Shown here piece after piece: positions 56,848 to 64,000 of a stretch of 64,000 nt of DNA; positions within the stretch are counted from its first letter, which is position 1; each line of letters starts with the position of its first letter. The DNA comes from Pseudomonadota bacterium (lineage in GTDB: Bacteria; Pseudomonadota; Alphaproteobacteria; Caulobacterales; Maricaulaceae). The notes under the pieces are model-generated. The model made no database searches. It was not told where the DNA came from and saw only the letters and a list, made by a program, of their open reading frames with translations. The translations under genes and the position numbers were made by a program. The stretch is from the NCBI GenBank assembly GCA_034659015.1, contig JAYEGL010000011.1:181310-245309 (forward strand). Direction: 5' to 3'.

Positions 56848-59811
56848 TCACGCACCGCTGTCCGGATCGGTCCAGCCGCAGGCATCGCATTGGCGCGTCT
56901 CGTCCTCGCTGCCGGCCACGGTAAAGTGTCCGCATTCCGGGCAGGGATCGCCGGAATAGGCTGCAATATCGCGCGATGTCGAGCGGCTGACCGAATGGTC
57001 TTCCAGCTCGTAATGTCCGCCCTGCCCATCGCCGTCGCCGCGGGCACCGGCGGCCTTGCGGGGCGCATTGGCGAACATCAGGATATTGTCCGGCACCTGG
57101 CCGCGCGAGAAGCCGCGGGAGATGAATTTGGCGGCGTCTTCCTGGGCCAGCTTTTCCTGTTCCACGCCCTTGCCCAGCCCGCCGGGATCGGCCCGGTCGG
57201 GCGAAACCTCGGCCAGGTCCTCGCGGCCGAGATAGGACACGCCCAGCTCGCGGAAGAGATAGTCCAGAATGGAGGTGGCCTGCTGGATGGAATCGTTGCC
57301 TTCCACCGGGCCGGCCGGTTCGAAACGCGTATAGACGAAGGCGTCGACATATTCCTCCAGCGGCACGCCGTATTGCAGGCCGATCGAGATCGCGATGGCG
57401 AAATTGTTCATCAGCGAACGGAAGGCCGCGCCTTCCTTGTGCATGTCGATGAAGATCTCGCCCAGCTCGCCATCGTCGAACTCGCCGGTATGCAGATAGA
57501 CCTTGTGGCCGCCCACCGTGGCTTTCTGGATATAGCCCTTGCGGCGGTCGGGCAGTTTGCGGCGGGCTGCCGGTTTCTCGACCACCCGCTCCACCGTGCG
57601 CTCCACAATGCGTTCCTGGACCTGAGGCTGGGTCTCGGCGGCATAGTCGCCCTTGTCGAAATCGATCGCCGGCAGAAGATCGAAGAGCCCGGAGGCGGTC
57701 CGGCGCATGTCGAGCTGGCGCAGGCCGAGCGCGGCGCCGGTGTCGATGAGGGCGGCGACATCGTCGATCGTGGCGTCGCCCTCCAGTTCGAGCGAAATGG
57801 CGCAGGCGCCCTCGATCTGCTGTTCCACGGCATGGGCCATGCGCATGCGGCCCTCGGCCGAGACCGGTTCGAACACGGCGCGGATATCGGGCGCAAGGCC
57901 CGGCGCGTCGTAGAGCTCGCCCGTGCCCTGGGCGTGCCGGTCGGCGGCGGCAATATCGGCATCGGTAAAGCCGAGCGCATGGCACAGCGAAGCGCCTTGC
58001 GCCTCGATCACATCGGACGGCAGGCCCAGTTCGCGGCACACCCTGTCGCCCAGCGTCCAGCGATTGAGGGCATGGCGCACCGAAGCGCCTTCACCGATCG
58101 AATCCTCGAGTCGTTCCAGTACCTCAACCGGGACGCCGCGCTCGAGAAGCGCTTCGCAGGACAGGGCGGGCGCCCCGTTCAGCGTGCCGTGTCCGGCGGC
58201 GTGATCCTCGGCCTGTTCGATCTGGCCCGGGGTGAGACCCAGCGTTTCCAGTCCGCGGCGCGCGCTGTCGCGCAGGACGCGGCCGCCGCCGAACGTGTCG
58301 CCGGACATCGTGGTCGCTCCGACGACGGGCGCAGCGCCGTCGCTGTCATTGTCGAACAGGCCCGCAATCGCCGCATCGGCCGGGCCGCAGGCCAGAACGA
58401 CCGCCGGGCGGGCCAGGGCCGCCTTGGGCAGGAAGGGCTCTGCGGCGGCATCCAGGCGATCCGCCACGCCGGCGAGCGCTTCGGGCAGCGTGTCGAGGTC
58501 GATCTGCGGACCCAGGCCCGGCGCGCCGGCGCCGGTGCGGGCCGCGGCATCGCGCAAGGCCAGCGTAGCCAGGCGGGCCAGGGCTGCGGCGGCGGTGCGG
58601 CCGGTATCGCTGTCATAGACCAGCCCGCACGCAGTGAGCGTCGCGCCCAGCCCGGTCAGGCTGACCGTGCCGGCGGCGGCGGCCGTCTTCGGTGCGCTCA
58701 GTGCCAGTGCTGCGGCCCAGTAGCGCACGGCGTCGAACATCAGTTCGGCGTCGAACCGGTTGTCGGCATCCAGGAAGGCCGGCAGATTCACGAAGACCGT
58801 CGGGCCGGCCGTTTGAGGGCTTTCATGGAAGGCCAGGGCAGGCGTGCCGAAACTCCAGACGGTGCGCGCGATGCCGGTGCGGAAATCGCGGGCCCGCACA
58901 CTGCCGCCATCGCCGTCGAAACTCCAGGCCTCGTCCTCGCGGATCGCGTCGGCCAGGGCCGGGGGAATGTGGAGCAGGGCTTTGCGCTGCGGCACCGGAT
59001 CGGGAATGAGCGCGCCCAGCGCATCGTCGCCGGTGCCCTGGCGGGCCAGGGAGAGGGCGCGTTCCACGGCCTCCTCGGGGACGCCGTCCTTCAGGGCGCG
59101 GCGCATGGCACGGGCGAGGGCGGCATTGCGGCGGGGGTCGAAACAGTCCTCGGGCTCGCCGGAACAGCGCCGGCACGCCTCGCCGATGGCTTCCAGCCGC
59201 TCGCGGGTCACCCGGGCGCCGACCTCGAGAACCGAGCCGCGCAGGGCGGTTTCCGCAACGCGGCGCAATTGGCCCGGCGCCGTCCGGGCGGCGGCCCGGA
59301 TCTGTAGCGGGGTCTCTTCGGCGGCCGGCGGTTCCGGCGTATCGCCATAGGCCCAGTCGACACCGCCTTCCGCGATCAGATTGGCATCGGGCACGACATA
59401 ACGGCCGGTCACGCTCGCGGCGAGTTCACGGGCGAAGGCCTCGGCGGTTTCCGGTGTGTCGAACGCGCCCTGGCGCGCGGCCGACCAGGCCAGGGATCCG
59501 GCCAGGCGCGTTGTGACCGCCTCCAGCCCGCTTTCGGTGACGCGGGTCTCGTCGTCGGCGATATGCGGGGTGAGGCTGCCGATCACCTTGACGCCGGGCT
59601 TGGGCTTGGTGCGCAGCGGGCGCGGCGTGGTCAGAAGGTCGGCGAGGGTCTGGGCGGCATTGGCGCTCCAGGCGGCGGGGACGGTGATGCTGCGTGTGGT
59701 GGTGTCGAGCTCGGGATCGCTCCCGGCTCCCGCCAGCACGTCGCGCGTGTCCGGGGCATGGCGCTCGCTGTCGCGGGACAGCGCATTCGCGAAATGTTCG
59801 AAGACTTCCAT
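56848..59811 (-). CDS. Class II ribonucleotide reductase (NrdJ)-like protein, apparently lacking catalytic motifs
   Basis: The C-terminal 230 aa or so closely resemble alphaproteobacterial NrdJ ([64 protein letters not shown], then a CPEC..CDAC zinc ribbon). The rest aligns only loosely, and I see no NPC(S/G)E or APTGT motif. Start placed at MEVFEHF (ggtggag SD). Confidence 0.75.
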   Translation of the reverse strand: MEVFEHFANALSRDSERHAPDTRDVLAGAGSDPELDTTTRSITVPAAWSANAAQTLADLLTTPRPLRTKPKPGVKVIGSLTPHIADDETRVTESGLEAVTTRLAGSLAWSAARQGAFDTPETAEAFARELAASVTGRYVVPDANLIAEGGVDWAYGDTPEPPAAEETPLQIRAAARTAPGQLRRVAETALRGSVLEVGARVTRERLEAIGEACRRCSGEPEDCFDPRRNAALARAMRRALKDGVPEEAVERALSLARQGTGDDALGALIPDPVPQRKALLHIPPALADAIREDEAWSFDGDGGSVRARDFRTGIARTVWSFGTPALAFHESPQTAGPTVFVNLPAFLDADNRFDAELMFDAVRYWAAALALSAPKTAAAAGTVSLTGLGATLTACGLVYDSDTGRTAAAALARLATLALRDAAARTGAGAPGLGPQIDLDTLPEALAGVADRLDAAAEPFLPKAALARPAVVLACGPADAAIAGLFDNDSDGAAPVVGATTMSGDTFGGGRVLRDSARRGLETLGLTPGQIEQAEDHAAGHGTLNGAPALSCEALLERGVPVEVLERLEDSIGEGASVRHALNRWTLGDRVCRELGLPSDVIEAQGASLCHALGFTDADIAAADRHAQGTGELYDAPGLAPDIRAVFEPVSAEGRMRMAHAVEQQIEGACAISLELEGDATIDDVAALIDTGAALGLRQLDMRRTASGLFDLLPAIDFDKGDYAAETQPQVQERIVERTVERVVEKPAARRKLPDRRKGYIQKATVGGHKVYLHTGEFDDGELGEIFIDMHKEGAAFRSLMNNFAIAISIGLQYGVPLEEYVDAFVYTRFEPAGPVEGNDSIQQATSILDYLFRELGVSYLGREDLAEVSPDRADPGGLGKGVEQEKLAQEDAAKFISRGFSRGQVPDNILMFANAPRKAAGARGDGDGQGGHYELEDHSVSRSTSRDIAAYSGDPCPECGHFTVAGSEDETRQCDACGWTDPDSGA

Positions 59812-60028
59812 CGCTCCACCCTCAGACCGCCGGACCCTGGTTTGGTTTCCCGCGATGTGCTCGCGAATCGCCCGGTATTCCGGCCAGTCTACCGCGCCCG
59901 GCGGCGCGTCAGAAGCCTTGGCGCAAGAGGCCTGCGACACGTCGTAGCCGCGTTCGGCACTGGACCCGTCCGCTTCCCGCGGGCATATAGGCGCAAAGCC
60001 TGTCTCGACCGACTCGGAGCCGCTGACA

Positions 60029-60439
60029 ATGTTCGGAACGATCGCCAAGATTTTCGTCTGGTGGAAGGACGCCACGCCGGGAACCCTGCTCACGCTTGCC
60101 ATGCGCGGCGCGAAGAAGGTGGGCGAGGACGAATACGGCAATCGCTATTTCGAGGAGCGCGGCACGACGGGGCCGGACGGCAACAAGCGCCGCTGGGTGG
60201 TCTACAAGGGCTATGCCGACGCTTCGCGCGTTCCCTCGGACTGGCACGGATGGCTGCACCACACGTTCGAGGAGGCGCCGAGCGAAAAGCCGCTGCGCCG
60301 CCAGCCCTGGGAAAAGGATCACTATCCCAACCTCACAGGCACGGTGTACGCCTACCGTCCGTCGGGCAGCATCCTGACGCCGGAGGGCCGGCAGGCCGCG
60401 TCGGCCGATTACGAGGCCTGGTCGCCGGACGAGGCCTGA
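60029..60439 (+). CDS. NADH:ubiquinone oxidoreductase subunit NDUFA12-like protein
   Basis: [12 protein letters not shown]...RRWVVYKG...[12 protein letters not shown] is the NDUFA12 pattern. Confidence 0.85.
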   Translation: MFGTIAKIFVWWKDATPGTLLTLAMRGAKKVGEDEYGNRYFEERGTTGPDGNKRRWVVYKGYADASRVPSDWHGWLHHTFEEAPSEKPLRRQPWEKDHYPNLTGTVYAYRPSGSILTPEGRQAASADYEAWSPDEA

Positions 60440-60516
60440 TCTGGGCCTGATCGGGGCCCGATCCCGCCGCCGGTTCGCCTCGACACCGTCTCAATTGTGT
60501 GGGCAGAGTGCGCGTC

Positions 60517-61005
60517 ATGAATACCGCTATCACCGCCTTTCTGCTGTCGCTGGGACTGGCCGTATCGGCCGCGGCCCAGGACGACAGTGCCGCGCCGGCG
60601 TCCGGCAGCTCTCAGGAAGCACGCGACGCCGTCGCCGACAGGATGCGCCGCGACGATCCCGACGCGCGCGAGGACGAGGAATTGTCGAGCGAGCCGGGCA
60701 GCATTGTCGTGCTGCGCGGGCTGGACAAGGTGACCGCCCGCACGCGGGATTTCGAGATCGAGATCGGCGATACGGTCCAGTTCGGATCGCTCGCCATCAC
60801 GGCGCAGTATTGCCGCAAGCGTCCGCCGGAAGAGACGCCGGAAACCTATGCCTTCCTGCAGGTCCGCGACCGGCGCACCGACGGGTTCGGTGTGGATGTC
60901 CAGGGCGAGCAGATCTTCTCCGGCTGGATGTTCGCCTCGCGGCCGGCCCAGAACCCGCTGGAACATCCCGTCTATGACGTCTGGGTGCTCGACTGCAGGG
61001 CCTGA
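60517..61005 (+). CDS. DUF2155-like secreted protein
   Basis: Signal peptide MNTAITAFLLSLGLAVSAAAQ and VVLRGLDKVTARTRDFEI. It follows the NDUFA12-like gene, which I remember as common in alphaproteobacteria. Confidence 0.7.
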   Translation: MNTAITAFLLSLGLAVSAAAQDDSAAPASGSSQEARDAVADRMRRDDPDAREDEELSSEPGSIVVLRGLDKVTARTRDFEIEIGDTVQFGSLAITAQYCRKRPPEETPETYAFLQVRDRRTDGFGVDVQGEQIFSGWMFASRPAQNPLEHPVYDVWVLDCRA

Positions 61006-61622
61006 GCGCCGCTCATCCCCTCCGGCACGGCCGGAAACCCCGTTTCGATCATCAACGCGTCGCCCAGGCGCATCCGGTAGATGTCGCGCGGTACCGTGAT
61101 CGCGCCGAAGCGTTCCAGGTGTTCGGTGGTGAACTGCGTGTCCAGCAGGATATAGCCCCCGCGGCGCAGCTGGGCGACGAGGTGGACCAGCGCCACTTTC
61201 GACGCGTCCGTGCGATGCGAGAACATGCTTTCCCCGAAAAAGGCGCCGCCCAGTGCGACGCCGTAGAGCCCGCCGGCCAGTTCGCCGTCCCGCCAGCACT
61301 CCACCGAGTGCGCGAAACCCAGATTGTGGAGTTCGAAATAGAGGCTGAGGATGCCGTCGTTGATCCAGGTTTCCTCACGCCCCGGTGCGGGCGCGGCGCA
61401 GCCCCGGACCACATCGCGGAAGGCCGTGTTGTAGCGCACCTCGTAGACGTCCCGGCGGACCGTCTTGCGCAGGCTGCGGGGAATGTGGAGACCGTCGAGC
61501 GGGATCACGCCGCGCTCGTCCGGGTCGAGCAGGTAGATCCGCGGATCGTCGCGCCCCTCGGCCATCGGGAAGACGCCGCGGGCATAGCATTCGATCAGGT
61601 CTTCCGCTCCGAACCCGCGCAT
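60972..61622 (-). CDS. aat: Leucyl/phenylalanyl-tRNA--protein transferase
   Basis: Motifs YARGVFPM, WINDGILSLYFELH, HSVECW and GESMFS. Confidence 0.93.
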   Translation of the reverse strand: MRGFGAEDLIECYARGVFPMAEGRDDPRIYLLDPDERGVIPLDGLHIPRSLRKTVRRDVYEVRYNTAFRDVVRGCAAPAPGREETWINDGILSLYFELHNLGFAHSVECWRDGELAGGLYGVALGGAFFGESMFSHRTDASKVALVHLVAQLRRGGYILLDTQFTTEHLERFGAITVPRDIYRMRLGDALMIETGFPAVPEGMSGAQALQSSTQTS

Positions 61623-61644
61623 CGGGCCTCCGCCGTCGTCGCGG

Positions 61645-62991
61645 CTAGCCGTTGCGTTCGGCCAGCCATTCCTCGAGCCAGCGGATGTGGTAGTCCCCGT
61701 TCACGAAATCCGGCTCCTCGAGCAGGTCGAGGAAGATCGGGATCGTGGTCTCCACTCCGCCGACCACCATTTCCTCCAGGGCACGGCGCAGGCGAAGCAG
61801 GGTCTCCTTGCGTGTCCGGCCGTGCACGATCAGCTTGCCGATCAGGCTGTCATAATAAGGCGGAATGGAATAGCCCGCGTAAAGCGCGGAATCGAGGCGG
61901 ACGCCGAGACCGCCCGGCGCGTGAAACTCGGTCACCTTGCCCGGCGAGGGCGCGAAGGTCTTCGGGTTCTCCGCATTGATGCGGCATTCGATGGCCCAGC
62001 CCTCGAAGGTGATATCCTCCTGGGTGATGTCCAGCGGGGCACCGTCGGCGACGCGGATCTGTTCGCGCACGAGGTCGATCCCGGTGATCATCTCGGTGAC
62101 CGGGTGCTCCACCTGCAGGCGCGTATTCATCTCGATGAAGTAGAACTCGCCGTTTTCCCACAGGAATTCGATCGTTCCCACGCCGCGATAGCCGATCGCC
62201 TGGATCGCCTTGCGCACCGTGTCGCCGATCTGGGCGCGTTCCTCGGGGGTGAGGGCGGGGGACGGCGCCTCCTCGAGGATTTTCTGGTGGCGGCGCTGCA
62301 GCGAGCAGTCGCGCTCGCCCAGATGCACCACATTGCCGTGCGTGTCGGCGAGAACCTGGATCTCGATATGGCGCGGCTGGCCGAGATATTTTTCCAGATA
62401 GACCGTGCCGTCGCCGAAGGCGGCCGAGGCTTCCGCCGCGGCGGTCTCCATGGCGCCTTTCAGCTTGTCGGCGCTTTCCGCGACCTTCATGCCGCGCCCG
62501 CCGCCGCCGGAGGCGGCCTTGATGAGCACCGGGTAGCCGATTTCCTCGGCGATGGGTTTGGCTTCCTCAAAGGTTGCCACGCCGCCCTCGGAACCGGGCA
62601 CGACCGGGATGCCGGCCTCCATCACCGCCTTCTTGGCGGTGATCTTGTCGCCCATCATGCGGATATGCTCGGCCGTCGGGCCGATGAAGGCCAGGCCGTG
62701 CGCTTCGACGATCTCGGCAAAGCGGGCGTTTTCCGACAGGAAACCGTAGCCCGGATGGATGGCCTGGGCGCCGGTTACCTCGGCCGCCGTGATGATGGCG
62801 GGAATGTTGAGATAGGACTTGCCCGCCGGCGGCGGCCCGATGCACACGCTCTCGTCGGCCAGGCGCACATGCATGGCGTTGGCGTCGGCCTCGGAGTGCA
62901 CGGCCACCGTGCGGATGCCCATTTCCCGGCATGCGCGATGGACGCGAAGGGCAATCTCGCCGCGATTGGCGATCAGGATCTTGTCGAACAT
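61645..62991 (-). CDS. accC: Acetyl-CoA carboxylase biotin carboxylase subunit
   Basis: [17 protein letters not shown] start and ATP-grasp motifs. 448 aa. Confidence 0.97.
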   Translation of the reverse strand: MFDKILIANRGEIALRVHRACREMGIRTVAVHSEADANAMHVRLADESVCIGPPPAGKSYLNIPAIITAAEVTGAQAIHPGYGFLSENARFAEIVEAHGLAFIGPTAEHIRMMGDKITAKKAVMEAGIPVVPGSEGGVATFEEAKPIAEEIGYPVLIKAASGGGGRGMKVAESADKLKGAMETAAAEASAAFGDGTVYLEKYLGQPRHIEIQVLADTHGNVVHLGERDCSLQRRHQKILEEAPSPALTPEERAQIGDTVRKAIQAIGYRGVGTIEFLWENGEFYFIEMNTRLQVEHPVTEMITGIDLVREQIRVADGAPLDITQEDITFEGWAIECRINAENPKTFAPSPGKVTEFHAPGGLGVRLDSALYAGYSIPPYYDSLIGKLIVHGRTRKETLLRLRRALEEMVVGGVETTIPIFLDLLEEPDFVNGDYHIRWLEEWLAERNG

Positions 62992-63016
62992 GTCGGCGCT
63001 CGCGTCGGTTGGGGCG

Positions 63017-63496
63017 TCAGGACAGGACGAAGAGGGCTTCGCCGAATTCGACCGGCTGACCGTCCTCGACCAGGATATCCGTGATCGTGCCGGCTTTTTC
63101 GGCCGTGATCGGGTTGAAGGTCTTCATCGCCTCGACCAGCAGGATGGTGTCACCCTGTTTCACCTGATCGCCGACGCGCACGAAGTTGGCGCTGTCCGGA
63201 TTGGGCTTGAGATAGACCGTGCCGACCATGGGCGACTTCACCGTACCGGCCTGCTCTGCGGCCTCGGCCGGCGCCGCCGGTGCGGCGGCCTGTGCCTGGG
63301 CGGGGGCCGCGGGAGCCGCAGCCGGCACGGAGACGGTCTGCACGGCCGGGGCGGCGGTCAGCTGACGGGCAATCCGCAGGCGCAGATCGTCATGCTCGAC
63401 TTCGATTTCGGACAGTTCCGTCTCGCGCAGGATGTCCGCCAGTTCGCGGACGAGCTTGGGGTCGATCTGGGAGCGGGAACGGGAATCAGAACTCAT
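63017..63496 (-). CDS. accB: Biotin carboxyl carrier protein
   Basis: Ala/Pro-rich linker and the biotinyl-lysine motif EAMKT. Starts at MSSDSRS within track ORF 63017..63538. Confidence 0.95.
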   Translation of the reverse strand: MSSDSRSRSQIDPKLVRELADILRETELSEIEVEHDDLRLRIARQLTAAPAVQTVSVPAAAPAAPAQAQAAAPAAPAEAAEQAGTVKSPMVGTVYLKPNPDSANFVRVGDQVKQGDTILLVEAMKTFNPITAEKAGTITDILVEDGQPVEFGEALFVLS

Positions 63497-63519
63497 GATG
63501 ATAAAGCCTTTGGTTCCGT

Positions 63520-63963
63520 CTATTGCGTTTCGAGGCATCCGGCGGCGGCGGACAGACCGAGCAGGTAGCTGTTCAGTCCAAGCCCCGTAATGGAGCCCCG
63601 CGCGGCGGACGCGATGTAGGAATGATGGCGGAAAGCTTCGCGCGCCGCTGTCTGACTCAAATGAACTTCGATGACCGGAGGTTCTATAGCGCGAACGGCG
63701 TCATGCAAAGCGACCGATGTATGCGTAAATGCACCCGGGTTGAAGACGACGGCAGAGGCGTTGACGTTTGCGTCATGCAGCCAGTCGATCAGTTCGCCTT
63801 CATGATTGGACTGGCGAAACACGATCGAAAACCCCAGATCCCGGGCATGCGCCTGGCAGGCCTTTTCGATGTCGGCGAGCGACATCGTACCGTAGACCTC
63901 CGGTTCCCGCGTGCCGAGGAGATTGAGATTCGGTCCGTTGAGGATGTGAATGGGTTTGCTCAT
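63520..63963 (-). CDS. aroQ: Type II 3-dehydroquinate dehydratase
   Basis: ILNGPNLNLLGTREPEVYG motif, and the aroQ-accB-accC order. Starts at MSKPIHIL. Confidence 0.95.
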   Translation of the reverse strand: MSKPIHILNGPNLNLLGTREPEVYGTMSLADIEKACQAHARDLGFSIVFRQSNHEGELIDWLHDANVNASAVVFNPGAFTHTSVALHDAVRAIEPPVIEVHLSQTAAREAFRHHSYIASAARGSITGLGLNSYLLGLSAAAGCLETQ

Positions 63964-64000
63964 GGCCTTGCCTTGAAGCCTCAAGGAGAATTACGAGGTG

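Noticed and set aside
59812-60028. Looked for a cobalamin riboswitch or other structured leader upstream of the NrdJ-like gene.
   Set aside because: I could not find a B12-box-like element or a convincing multi-stem structure by eye. A covariance-model search (Rfam RF00174) would be needed to exclude it.
1-64000. Scanned for CRISPR arrays, tRNA/rRNA genes, IS elements, integrases and prophage genes.
   Set aside because: I found no regularly spaced direct repeats, cloverleaf-like sequences or transposase/integrase-like translations. The only repeats are the two short palindromic families reported above.

Overview
High-GC (about 62-68% in hand-counted lines) chromosomal segment whose gene content and synteny look alphaproteobacterial (hdaA, NDUFA12-like, DUF2155, lptD-surA-pdxA-rsmA, a CtrA-type TTAA-N7-TTAAC box). 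I call about 60 protein genes, and nearly all are housekeeping. They include der, purF-cvpA-radA-alr-dnaB, rplI-rpsR-rpsF, fabD-fabG-acpP-fabF-mltG-yicC-gmk, lptD/lptF/lptG, pepA-holC, an ABC-F ATPase, ndk, add, purMN, hdaA-ppk-ppx, a GGDEF-EAL protein, rnd, aspS and accBC-aroQ. I recognised no rRNA, tRNA, CRISPR array, transposase or integrase. The stand-out is an AT-rich islet of about 2.1 kb (roughly 32621-34770) wedged between the ndk terminator and add. It holds a tightly coupled two-gene cassette. The first gene encodes a stand-alone DUF262/ParB-like protein (FQRRERW, DGKQR and LNRGG motifs, with no DUF1524/HNH nuclease half). The second starts 1 nt later and encodes a HEPN-type protein with an R-x4-H motif (RNSSAH). 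I interpret this as a horizontally acquired defence or abortive-infection-type module that matches no named system I know. Secondary oddities are: a full-length but apparently catalytically dead NrdJ-like (class II ribonucleotide reductase) paralogue; two secreted pentapeptide-repeat proteins sharing a Cys-containing end motif; two families of intergenic palindromic repeats (each seen twice); an orphan antidote-like HTH gene; a perfect CtrA box; and a perfect DnaA box upstream of dnaB. Many long ORFs in the six-frame track are antisense or alternate-frame shadows of real genes, as expected at this GC content. All homology statements come from reading the translations and from remembered family motifs, not from searches.
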